From sequence record OQ718158.1: a DNA stretch of 64,000 nt, one strand, 5' to 3'. Made by a program: the position numbers and the translations under genes. Shown here piece by piece: positions 8,411 through 18,183 of the stretch; the first letter of the stretch is position 1; each line of letters begins with the position of its first letter. Below the pieces are notes generated by a model. It was not told the DNA's origin and did not search any database. It worked only from the letters and a program-made list of their open reading frames with translations.

Positions 8411-9505
8411 ATGAGTGATTTTTTTGATTCATTTGTCAGTACTGGGACTAGTATAGTTAATGGTGTTATTGATAATATCAACATCATTAGAGAACCAGCT
8501 TTTGAGAATTATAACGCTGCACAACGTGTGTTTGGTACAGCAGGTGAAATGGGTTTTTCATTCTATAATTTACCAAAATTTAAGAACAGTTTTATTATCG
8601 AATTCGTACTAACCCCGTTCGCAAAGAATTTTATTAAAACTCAACTCCCAGATACACATACTGATTTTGATGTTAATAATGTATCGTGCTTTGTAAAAGA
8701 TGTAACACTTCCTAGTTTTTCTTTTAGTGTTGAAACCGTAAACCAATACAACAAAAAACGTTTAGTTACTGGTGATATTGTTTATAAACCCAGTAATGTT
8801 GTTTTCTATGATACTGTTGATGGTGCTGGATATCTCCTAATGGATGCATATCGTAAGTTCTACTATGGTGACTTCTTTGACAAGAACCCACAATCTTACC
8901 GAAATGACGTACTCAGTACACCAGAAAATTTCAATGGTTTAGGTGGAAACTGGGGTCGTTCTGTAATGAACAATGGTAACTACGACAACCAGTACTTTTT
9001 CAAATCAATTAATATCTATGAAATTGATAATGAAACCTATACAGTTCATAACATGATAAATGTATTCATCGAAGATATACAATTAGAAACTAAATCTATG
9101 GAAAGTGAAGGTGACCCAGCACTATTATCTTTGACTATGCGTTATGAAGCGTGTAACAACTTTGGTCCTGAAGGGTACTTGAGTATTGGTGTCCCTACAA
9201 TGGAAATTGCACAACTCATCACCGATACTGAAGGTCTTGGTGTGAGTGGATTCTTTAAGTACTTTGGTGAACTTGATGACAAAACTAAAGGAATTTCGAC
9301 AGTTGGTAAAATTATCCGAGCAGGAACATCAGTTAGTGATATAATCAGTAGTGCTGGTGATATCCTTCGTGGTGACATTACTCCTGATACCATCCGAAAC
9401 ATAGGTTCCGCAGTGACAAGAGGTGCAAATGCTATTGGTTTAGGAAGCATCGTTTCTTCTGCAAGCTCAAAATTCGGATTAGGTAATATATTAGGAGATT
9501 TTTAA
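8411..9505 (+). CDS. tube-fold baseplate/tube initiator protein (gp48/gp54-like)
   Basis: VKDVTLPSFSFSVETVNQYNKKRLVTGDIVYKPSNVVFYD is the tube/initiator pattern; position after the tube genes. Confidence 0.6.
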   Translation: MSDFFDSFVSTGTSIVNGVIDNINIIREPAFENYNAAQRVFGTAGEMGFSFYNLPKFKNSFIIEFVLTPFAKNFIKTQLPDTHTDFDVNNVSCFVKDVTLPSFSFSVETVNQYNKKRLVTGDIVYKPSNVVFYDTVDGAGYLLMDAYRKFYYGDFFDKNPQSYRNDVLSTPENFNGLGGNWGRSVMNNGNYDNQYFFKSINIYEIDNETYTVHNMINVFIEDIQLETKSMESEGDPALLSLTMRYEACNNFGPEGYLSIGVPTMEIAQLITDTEGLGVSGFFKYFGELDDKTKGISTVGKIIRAGTSVSDIISSAGDILRGDITPDTIRNIGSAVTRGANAIGLGSIVSSASSKFGLGNILGDF

Positions 9506-10522
<1,017 letters not shown>

Positions 10523-10549
10523 CTTAAACGACCTTATGGAGTTATTAAA

Positions 10550-11083
10550 ATGAATAGATTACAACAAATCCTAACGGATAAAAAACCAGTTTTTGAATAC
10601 CGAGTCAAGTTTGCAGTTGAACCTACCAATGAGCAACTAAGTAAAGTATCACAACGCCTAATGGATCGTTATGATGCATTTGATATTGGTGCACTAAAGA
10701 AAACTATTTTCATGGAAAGACCACTAGATTTTTATGAATTAGATTGTGGTGAAATTTGGATGTTTGATTTCAAATGCCACCGTGGTGTTCAATCAAACGT
10801 ACTAATGTATGAAATTGGCAACCTACTAAGTATGACTGAAGCTCTAATCCGTGTACGTAGTAAAGATGAACCACGTCAACAAGAAATGACCGAACTCGAA
10901 GATGATATTGACTTTGACGATTACGAACCAGTAATTGGTGTTGATTTTGGTAAACCAGAAGACAGCCACGATTTAGCTGGTGAAGAACGTGCTGTAACCG
11001 CAGTTAAAGATGCGATTGAAGCAGTAAAAAGTGACAATAAATACTCTCAATATATGAGTGCTGGTTTTGGTAAAAAGGATTGA
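10550..11083 (+). CDS. conserved jumbo-phage hypothetical protein, probably virion
   Basis: 177 aa ORF with GGAG SD and acidic C-terminal half, in a late cluster. Confidence 0.7.
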   Translation: MNRLQQILTDKKPVFEYRVKFAVEPTNEQLSKVSQRLMDRYDAFDIGALKKTIFMERPLDFYELDCGEIWMFDFKCHRGVQSNVLMYEIGNLLSMTEALIRVRSKDEPRQQEMTELEDDIDFDDYEPVIGVDFGKPEDSHDLAGEERAVTAVKDAIEAVKSDNKYSQYMSAGFGKKD

Positions 11084-11086
11084 GAC

Positions 11087-11632
11087 ATGAGTATACTTAA
11101 TGAAATGTTAGATTATAATGATGAAGAGCTAAATGAAGCTCGTCCATATAGTCGTTCACAAAGTGCAGTAGATAGTGCAAAAGGAAAAGTAAAAGGCTTT
11201 TTCGGTAGTGGTCAAGTAGAACAAGGTGCACAAGAAGTTGGTGCAGAAGCAAACCGTCTTTGGGCTGAATTTAAACGCTATGTTGGACGCAAATACGGTA
11301 AAGCACAGCCATCAGTACCATATGCTGATGTTGCACAATTCTTCAAAGGAAATAACCTTGATATAAAACATTTGGGCAATAACAGTCGTCGTACTTTTAC
11401 TCCTAAAGATGTTGGTTCTGCTCTATTGGCAGCAGCACGTGACTTGATGAATGATTATCGTGATGATGATAAAGGTGAAGAACAACAACGTCCTGCACCA
11501 CAAGCTCAACCTGACAATGCTCCACAATCAGCACCACAGGAACAGCCAAAAGCACAAGGTTCTAGTATCCCTGATGCTCTACAAAAATTAAGTCCAGAGC
11601 AGCGTGAACAACTTTTGCGTATGCTTTCTTAA
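11087..11632 (+). CDS. putative head-internal protein
   Basis: N-terminal ILNE...ELNE motifs; Pro/Gln-rich linker. Confidence 0.55.
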   Translation: MSILNEMLDYNDEELNEARPYSRSQSAVDSAKGKVKGFFGSGQVEQGAQEVGAEANRLWAEFKRYVGRKYGKAQPSVPYADVAQFFKGNNLDIKHLGNNSRRTFTPKDVGSALLAAARDLMNDYRDDDKGEEQQRPAPQAQPDNAPQSAPQEQPKAQGSSIPDALQKLSPEQREQLLRMLS

Positions 11633-11645
11633 GGAGAATCAACAC

Positions 11646-13157
11646 ATGGATAATTTTTTCAGTACTGAAACTACCACAGTACCTAATGGATATGTATATA
11701 CTTCTCACACTGGTGGCAAATATGTATTTCTAGAAGGTTTCTGGTTTAACGACAATAATATGTTAATGGTAGACCCTAAAAAATACCCATCCATGTACGC
11801 AAGTGCTCGACAACAGATTGTTGAGCACAATCTATCTTCTAGTGAATATAAAATTGGTAACAAATATATTCTTGAAGGTAAAGAGTGTACATTTCTTGGT
11901 GAAAATCGTTTCAATTCTAAAGATGGAATTCTACTAACTGAAAGTGAAATTATCACTGAACTAATGGCAGATGACCACCGTGTATATAATGTTTCAAAAG
12001 AAACTCTACAAAAAGAATGGAACTCCCTAAAATTCTATATCCTTCCACCATATGCTGATGATATTTCTATTCCAGCAGGTATGGAAGTTAGTGGATTTAA
12101 ATTCATCCCTAAAAATCACCGTTTTGTTGATGCAAAATCTGGACGTCCAGTTGACCCAGCAATGACACGTAAACTTTCCGATGAAGGTATGCGTATTGCT
12201 CGCCAATTAGCACCAAAAAACAAACTAATTCCAATTAAATCTACTTTAGTACAAGGTAATACTCGTTCCGAATGGAATGGTAAAGAATTTTGTGATAATG
12301 ATGGTAATGTTGTAATTCCAGAACAAAATGCACATGTAATCTTTAATGCATATCAGCAATTTGTTAAGGCTAACCCTGGTGATTTTCCTTCACTAACTGG
12401 TGATCATGAATCAGGTGAACAACGTTTTGGTTCAGGTGAAAAGCCAGAACAACCCAAACAACCAGTAAAACAGCCAGTATTCGCAACAAAAGAATCCATT
12501 AATGAAGCAGATGAAGAGATTGAAGAAACTGAATCTGTTGTGGTTCCACATGGTTACCGCATTACTTCAAATAAAGGTAAAACATACATTAAACAAAAAA
12601 ATGCATGGTTTGATGTAGAAACTAAAAAACAACTAAATTCTAGTGCTGCAAAAAGTGTTGAACGTGCTGCTCAACGTGATATAATTCGCCATAATAGTTC
12701 TGGTGCAATGAAAATCGGAACTAAAGTAAAATCTAAGAAAGGCACAGAGTATTCTTATATCGGTGGTAACCGCTTTATTAGTGCTGATGGTAAATTGATT
12801 CCAAAATCAACTGCTGATGACATTCTTGCTCGTTATGATGCAGAACGTGCTGATAAGAAAGAAGAAGAACCTGAAGATAAAGTAGATGCTGAAGTATCAA
12901 GTACTGATGTAGTTGAACCAAAAGCTGAACCTACTAAAGAACCAGAACCTGTATCAGAGCCAGAACCTGAAGTTCCTGCTCCTGGTGATGAAGTTCAATC
13001 ATTGGCTTCACGAATTAAAGAATCACCTTACGCTAAGAAAATTACAGTACTCTTAACGCGTGGTGATGAGGTTTCTCTAATTGCTGCTGACATTTTACTA
13101 TCTGGTAAAAAGGATGAAACAGTGCAAATTTTAAAATCATTAAATAAGAATGATTGA
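11646..13157 (+). CDS. putative head-internal protein with internal repeats
   Basis: ATG 11646 after AAGGAG; repeated (V/I)PxG module; LTE/ITE/INE/IEE motifs. Confidence 0.6.
   Translation: MDNFFSTETTTVPNGYVYTSHTGGKYVFLEGFWFNDNNMLMVDPKKYPSMYASARQQIVEHNLSSSEYKIGNKYILEGKECTFLGENRFNSKDGILLTESEIITELMADDHRVYNVSKETLQKEWNSLKFYILPPYADDISIPAGMEVSGFKFIPKNHRFVDAKSGRPVDPAMTRKLSDEGMRIARQLAPKNKLIPIKSTLVQGNTRSEWNGKEFCDNDGNVVIPEQNAHVIFNAYQQFVKANPGDFPSLTGDHESGEQRFGSGEKPEQPKQPVKQPVFATKESINEADEEIEETESVVVPHGYRITSNKGKTYIKQKNAWFDVETKKQLNSSAAKSVERAAQRDIIRHNSSGAMKIGTKVKSKKGTEYSYIGGNRFISADGKLIPKSTADDILARYDAERADKKEEEPEDKVDAEVSSTDVVEPKAEPTKEPEPVSEPEPEVPAPGDEVQSLASRIKESPYAKKITVLLTRGDEVSLIAADILLSGKKDETVQILKSLNKND
13141..13146 (+). 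promoter_or_regulatory. late promoter-like TAAATA
   Basis: TAAATA 34 nt before the ATG at 13180. Confidence 0.55.
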
Positions 13158-13179
13158 TAACTAAAAGGATTTATTTAAA

Positions 13180-14169
13180 ATGGCTAAAAAAATTAATGAA
13201 GCACAAGTTAAAATCGATATCGCAGGACTAGAATCTGAAGATCTAGAAACACTATCTCGTATGCTTGCACTAGCTGGTCAAGCCGAGCGTCAAGCTTCTC
13301 CTGTTGCTGCTCCAGTTCCTTCTATGGGGTCAATGACCCCTTCTCTACCACCAATCGCTCCACTCGATATGGATTCAATTGGTGCTGGTGCAGAAGAAGA
13401 AGTTGGTGGTTCAATGGATGGTGCAATTGATGCACCTGTTGAAGACCCATTAGAAGTTGCTGCTGACTCACTATCTGCTGAAGCTGGTGATTTTGGTGGT
13501 GATTCTGAAGAAGTAAGTATGGATGCAGAGTTCGAAGAGCCTGGTGTTGCAGATGAAGAAGAGTTTTCTTTAGATCTTTCCGGTCAACCTCAACTAGAAT
13601 CAGTTGAAGAAGAGGAAGAAGAAGAAATCATCGAAGAAGAATTCGATTTCAGTCGTATGCTATCTCTAGCTGGTCTTCAAGACGAACCAGAAGATGAATA
13701 TTCAGTAGAAGGTAACCCAGATACTGAAGTTAAAGTTGAAGAAAACACTTTCCTACCAGACCTAACCATCTCTGAAGATGAAGAACAAGGTGACAGTACT
13801 GATTTTGGACCTTACAACACTGAAGCTGATGCCGTTCGTGACGGTCAAGCTAAAACTAATGGTGTAGAAGGTGACCACTTTGTTGTTATTACCAAGGGTA
13901 ACAAGTTTTACTGGAGACGTGTCGTTGATGAAGATGTTGACAACCGTCCTGAACCAGAGTACTATGACAATGACGGTAACGAGAACCGTGTTCACAAATT
14001 TGAACCTAAGTTCCCAGGTACTGCTCTAGGTGACAACCCACTCAATGTTAATGAGAGTGATGAGTCCGTGGAAGGTAACGAAGAACTAGAAGATGAAAGC
14101 GATGAAGAAGTCGAAGACATTTTCGAAAGTCTCCAGAAGAAATATCAACAATTTCTAGGGGACAAATAA
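13180..14169 (+). CDS. very acidic prohead core/scaffold-like protein
   Basis: Asp/Glu-rich, poly-E tract, SRML(A/S)LAG twice, KINE near the N-terminus. Confidence 0.55.
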   Translation: MAKKINEAQVKIDIAGLESEDLETLSRMLALAGQAERQASPVAAPVPSMGSMTPSLPPIAPLDMDSIGAGAEEEVGGSMDGAIDAPVEDPLEVAADSLSAEAGDFGGDSEEVSMDAEFEEPGVADEEEFSLDLSGQPQLESVEEEEEEEIIEEEFDFSRMLSLAGLQDEPEDEYSVEGNPDTEVKVEENTFLPDLTISEDEEQGDSTDFGPYNTEADAVRDGQAKTNGVEGDHFVVITKGNKFYWRRVVDEDVDNRPEPEYYDNDGNENRVHKFEPKFPGTALGDNPLNVNESDESVEGNEELEDESDEEVEDIFESLQKKYQQFLGDK

Positions 14170-14170
14170 G

Positions 14171-14563
14171 ATGGGATATAATTATCGTGAATTGGTTGAA
14201 GCATTAGATGAAATCACTTCTAGTGAAGAATCTACTGAAGAAGAAAGTTTTGCAGTTGAGACTCCTTCTGATGCTGTTGCCACCGATTTACTTAAAGATA
14301 TCACCGAATGCCTTATCCACATTGTGGATAAGGTTAAATCAGGTGAAGATCAAAAAGAAATCGTAGAAAAGCTTCAAAAAGCGTGTGACATTTTATCGGA
14401 TGTTCGATATAATGATGAAAGTACTGAAGAAGTTGATGAATCCACTGATTGCTGCTTCGGAACCAAAGATATGGGTCCGAAAATTGGTAAAGATGGTGTC
14501 CAAGACTATAAAGTTAAAGATGCTCCTTCATATGCAGCAAGACAGGGTTTCGTGGGGATGTAA
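14171..14563 (+). CDS. acidic hypothetical protein
   Basis: 130 aa ORF 1 nt after the previous stop. Confidence 0.7.
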   Translation: MGYNYRELVEALDEITSSEESTEEESFAVETPSDAVATDLLKDITECLIHIVDKVKSGEDQKEIVEKLQKACDILSDVRYNDESTEEVDESTDCCFGTKDMGPKIGKDGVQDYKVKDAPSYAARQGFVGM

Positions 14564-14566
14564 TTT

Positions 14567-14944
14567 ATGATTCCTGAACCACACAACAGTACTGAATTTC
14601 AAAACGATGTACTTTTAAAAGTTAGAGAAGTACATGGATCAGACGCTGAATTAACAGACCGTATGCTTCTGATGTCAATTTTTGAAAATTTCAGAACTGG
14701 CGGTGGTTTAAGACTTAGCAAGTTTGGATATACAATTTGTAAAGAAAACATTCTTTATGAATTTACAAAAATCCCCTTGCAAAGAGAGTTCAAAAGTTCT
14801 ATAATCTTTACATCGCTTGATAGGATATGTACTTCACCCTACTATGTAGAAGGGCAGTACATATACCTCTCGGACGCAATGATAGTTACAGAGTTAACAT
14901 TGTGTGGTGATGATTTTAGAATGTTATTTTCGATGCACATGTAG
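14567..14944 (+). CDS. hypothetical protein
   Basis: 125 aa ORF directly downstream. Confidence 0.7.
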   Translation: MIPEPHNSTEFQNDVLLKVREVHGSDAELTDRMLLMSIFENFRTGGGLRLSKFGYTICKENILYEFTKIPLQREFKSSIIFTSLDRICTSPYYVEGQYIYLSDAMIVTELTLCGDDFRMLFSMHM

Positions 14945-14969
14945 CTTCGAAAATAAAGAAAAAAAGATG

Positions 14970-14997
14970 TTGACAACGCCGAATGATGTGTTATAAT
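14970..14997 (+). promoter_or_regulatory. sigma70-type early promoter P1
   Basis: TTGACA-16 nt-TATAAT with extended TG and an A-tract upstream. Confidence 0.85.
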
Positions 14998-15061
14998 GAC
15001 CATCACGAAGCAAGTTTTCAAAATCACAAGATGTGAGATTGAAAAAGAAATAAAAAAGTTG

Positions 15062-15089
15062 TTGACAAGCCTGAACGATGTGATATAAT
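15062..15089 (+). promoter_or_regulatory. sigma70-type early promoter P2 (tandem copy)
   Basis: TTGACA-16 nt-TATAAT with extended TG, 92 bp after P1. Confidence 0.85.
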
Positions 15090-15151
15090 GACCACATCAA
15101 GACGGCAAAGAGAAATGCCTTTTTAAATACACGGATGATTCATGAAGTAAC

Positions 15152-15200
15152 AAAGGAACTGATAAGTTAAAAATTCTTTTAACACAGTTCCTTTACTTTT
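15152..15200 (+). terminator. long stem-loop, terminator-like
   Basis: AAAGGAACTG-ataa-GTTAAAA-attc-TTTTAAC-a-CAGTTCCTTT then ACTTTT. Confidence 0.55.
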
Positions 15201-15220
15201 GCCCACGGATTGGCTATAAT
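15192..15220 (+). promoter_or_regulatory. sigma70-type promoter P3 for the MoxR gene
   Basis: TTTACT-17 nt-TATAAT, 40 nt before the ATG at 15261. Confidence 0.65.
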
Positions 15221-15260
15221 AGAAACCTAAACGATTTTATCCAACAAAAGGAAAATATAC

Positions 15261-16589
15261 ATGTCTACTCAAAACAACGATATCCTGAACGTAAAACTGA
15301 CTCCTAAGAAAGCTAAAGAAGCAATGGCACTGGCTGACATGATTCAAGATAGCCTGATGATTTGGGGTAGCCCTGGTATCGGTAAATCTGCTATCGCACG
15401 TCAATACGCTGATGAGAACTACCCACTGCGTAAAGATAACGTGGCAAAAATTGAGTTCATGAAACAACAAATCGAAGCTGATACTGAAAATGCTGATCAA
15501 CTTCGCCGTGAACTGGCAGCGTTTGAAGCCAAACTAATCGACCAAGACACTAACTTTATCGATTTCCGTTTGTCTCAGATTGAACCAAGTGACCTTCGCG
15601 GTATCCCAGTTCCAGAGAAAGTGTTCCTTGATATGGATGGTAAGCAACTGATTGAATCTGAACTGGCTAGTGCACAAGATTACATCGCTGAAACAGCAGT
15701 TGTGTGGGCAGCACCTAAAGTACTGAAGCTGTCTCCAGATTGGAAAGGTGTTATTCTGTTTGACGAAATCAACTCTGCAATGCCGATTGTACAGGCAGCG
15801 TCTTATCAGCTAATCCTCGACCGTTGTGTTGGTGAGATGAAGCTACCTAAGACTGCACTGATTCTCGCAGCAGGTAACCGTGAAACTGATGGCGGTGTAA
15901 CGTTCTCTCTAGCTACACCACTGCGTGACCGTATGACCCACATCGAAATGATTCCTTATCATCAAGATTGGATTAACGATTATGCGATTGGTAAGCGTTT
16001 GAACCCAGCAACTGTAGCGTTCATCAACAACACTGGTGCTAAACACTTCAACACCCTTAGCCCACAAGATCCTTCTCACTGTGGTGGTACTTCTCCACGT
16101 TCATGGGAAGCAGTAGCACGCTACGAAGATCTGAAGAAAGTTAAGAACATTGATAAAGAAGTGTTCCGTGCGATGATTGCAGGTCGTGTTGGTGAAGGCG
16201 TAGCAACTGAATACATCGAGTATGTTGATAACGTAGCTAAACTACCAGATACCATGTCCATCCTACAGGGTGAGATTAAAGAGATTGATGCTTCGCTTGA
16301 TATTTCCGCGAACTACTTCATCACTCTGAATCTGGTTTACAAAATTATCGACCTCTACAATGAGAAGCAAGAACAACGTCTACCAGTGGAAGATTGGGGT
16401 AAGCTGTGCAACAACTTCATCACCTTCCTAGACCATAACTTCTCTGCAACTCAAGCAGAACTGGCAGTACTGGCGATTCGTACCATCACGCTTCATAAAG
16501 TAGCGATTACGATTAAAGATGTACCAGCGTTTAAAGACTTCGTTATGAAGTACTCTGACCTAGTACGTAAAGCACGCTCTCTTGGTTAA
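15261..16589 (+). CDS. MoxR-family AAA+ ATPase
   Basis: Walker A GSPGIGKS, Walker B ILFDEIN, sensor AGNR, LRDR finger, SPRSW. Confidence 0.9.
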   Translation: MSTQNNDILNVKLTPKKAKEAMALADMIQDSLMIWGSPGIGKSAIARQYADENYPLRKDNVAKIEFMKQQIEADTENADQLRRELAAFEAKLIDQDTNFIDFRLSQIEPSDLRGIPVPEKVFLDMDGKQLIESELASAQDYIAETAVVWAAPKVLKLSPDWKGVILFDEINSAMPIVQAASYQLILDRCVGEMKLPKTALILAAGNRETDGGVTFSLATPLRDRMTHIEMIPYHQDWINDYAIGKRLNPATVAFINNTGAKHFNTLSPQDPSHCGGTSPRSWEAVARYEDLKKVKNIDKEVFRAMIAGRVGEGVATEYIEYVDNVAKLPDTMSILQGEIKEIDASLDISANYFITLNLVYKIIDLYNEKQEQRLPVEDWGKLCNNFITFLDHNFSATQAELAVLAIRTITLHKVAITIKDVPAFKDFVMKYSDLVRKARSLG

Positions 16590-16604
16590 TAATTAAAAAG
16601 AGTG

Positions 16605-16633
16605 TTGACAAGGAGGATACCACATGGTATCCT
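16605..16633 (+). promoter_or_regulatory. sigma70-type promoter overlapping a hairpin
   Basis: TTGACA-17 nt-TATCCT with extended TG; spacer and -10 form the stem. Confidence 0.45.
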
Positions 16634-16639
16634 TCTTTT
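16611..16639 (+). terminator. terminator-like hairpin between MoxR and vWA genes
   Basis: AGGAGGATACC-ACAT-GGTATCCTTCT then TTT. Confidence 0.6.
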
Positions 16640-16664
16640 ATCTTAACTAAACGAGGAAATACAA

Positions 16665-18074
16665 ATGTCAGATAAACGTTTCAGTGATGTTACTCCGGCT
16701 CTCCAGAAAGAATGTCAAGATCGTCTGATCTTAGCTCGCACATCTTTAATGCTAACATTCCCATTCTTTGGTGTACTGGCTTCTCGTCTGCGTCCAGTTG
16801 CAAACAACACATGGTGTCGTACTTTGGCTGTAGATGGTAAGCATTTATTCTACAACGTAGAATTCATCATGGGTATTCAGGACCAATCCAAAAAGTCAGC
16901 ATACGAAGAAGCAATTCGTGAGAAACATCCTGAAGTAACTGAAGAACAACTTAAAGAAATGACAGAAGGTTTGACCGATGAAAACCTGATTGCAGTTATC
17001 TGTCATGAGATTCTTCACTGTGCATATGACCACTTCTTGCGTCGTGGTATGCGTGACCCGCAGCGTTATAACCGTGCTGCTGACTATGCAATTAACCAGA
17101 TTCTTGTTCGTGATAAAATTGGTAAAATCCAAAGCCAATGGCTGTACGATAAAAAGTACGATGGTATGACTGCTGAAGAGATTTATAACATTCTCGAAGA
17201 AGAAGATAAGCAGGATCAAGACGGAGAAGGTGAAGGAAATCCACAGGCTGGTAGTGGTGAGGGTGAAGGTAAATCACGCGGTACTTTTGGTGATATCAAA
17301 GATGGTAAAGGCAAAGGTACAACAATTGACCAGCATGACGTTCCACAAGAAGGTCAAGAGGGTGGTTCAAGTGAGAAACAAAAACGTGATTATATGGATG
17401 ATTTCAAAACAGCAATGATGAATGCTGCTCGTGCAGGTGGTACTCCTGCTGAAATCGCACGTATGATTAACAACTTCAAAGAACCTAAGATTGACTGGCG
17501 TTCCAAACTTCACCGCACACTGCGTAGCTGGTTGAAGTCTGATGCAACTTATCAAAATCCTAATCGTCGTTCATGGGGTGCTGGTTTTGGTAGTTCTGGT
17601 TCATTCTACGGGAATCCAATCTTCCCTGGTATGAAACCAGATGATGATATTGATATTGCAATTGCACTAGATGCATCCGGTTCTATCTCTGAAGATATGC
17701 TCCGTGATTTCATCAGTGAAGTACTGGGTATCACTAAGCAGTTTAAACAATTTAAAATCCGTATCATGACGTTCGATACTGAAGTTTATACTGTTAAAGA
17801 TTACAAAACTGGTGAAGAGAGTAAGATTCTCGAATATCCAGTGAAAGGTGGTGGTGGTACTGACTTTGAAGCAGTATGGGTTCATATGAAGCATGACAAC
17901 TATAAGCCTAAACAGCTTATTATGTTTACCGATGGTGAGCCGTGGCAGTCATGGGGTGATCCTGATTACTGTAAGACACTGTTTGTTATCCACAGTAATC
18001 CTAACAAACAAGCACCATTTGGCGAAACTGTACACTACGAATATGAAGCTGACAAAAAGCGTCAACGTAGCTAA
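16665..18074 (+). CDS. HExxH metallopeptidase + vWA domain protein (DUF2201-type MoxR partner)
   Basis: CHEILHCAYDH zinc motif; NRAADYAIN; MIDAS DASGS...GGGTDF...MFTDG; G/E-rich linker. Confidence 0.88.
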   Translation: MSDKRFSDVTPALQKECQDRLILARTSLMLTFPFFGVLASRLRPVANNTWCRTLAVDGKHLFYNVEFIMGIQDQSKKSAYEEAIREKHPEVTEEQLKEMTEGLTDENLIAVICHEILHCAYDHFLRRGMRDPQRYNRAADYAINQILVRDKIGKIQSQWLYDKKYDGMTAEEIYNILEEEDKQDQDGEGEGNPQAGSGEGEGKSRGTFGDIKDGKGKGTTIDQHDVPQEGQEGGSSEKQKRDYMDDFKTAMMNAARAGGTPAEIARMINNFKEPKIDWRSKLHRTLRSWLKSDATYQNPNRRSWGAGFGSSGSFYGNPIFPGMKPDDDIDIAIALDASGSISEDMLRDFISEVLGITKQFKQFKIRIMTFDTEVYTVKDYKTGEESKILEYPVKGGGGTDFEAVWVHMKHDNYKPKQLIMFTDGEPWQSWGDPDYCKTLFVIHSNPNKQAPFGETVHYEYEADKKRQRS

Positions 18075-18078
18075 GTAC

Positions 18079-18084
18079 TAAATA
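18079..18084 (+). promoter_or_regulatory. late promoter-like TAAATA
   Basis: CTAAATAA just after the vWA stop; followed by a hairpin, so function is uncertain. Confidence 0.35.
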
Positions 18085-18086
18085 AT

Positions 18087-18117
18087 GAGAACGGAAAATT
18101 CCGTTCTCTACTTTTTT
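18087..18117 (+). terminator. rho-independent terminator
   Basis: GAGAACGGA-AAAT-TCCGTTCTC then TACTTTTTT. Confidence 0.7.
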
Positions 18118-18140
18118 CAGCGGGACAGCTTGGAAAAAGG

Positions 18141-18149
18141 TGATATAAT
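18141..18149 (+). promoter_or_regulatory. extended -10 promoter
   Basis: TGATATAAT upstream of the ATG at 18184. Confidence 0.45.
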
Positions 18150-18183
18150 TATATTTGTAACAACATACATGGAGAGTATTAAA

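Noticed and set aside
14996-15088. 30-codon ORF (MTITKQVF...) between the tandem promoters
   Set aside because: Its ATG overlaps the P1 -10 box, so it lies upstream of the expected TSS and has no SD.
14960-15100. Repeated units resembling a mini-CRISPR
   Set aside because: Only two imperfect copies, fully explained as promoters; no cas genes.
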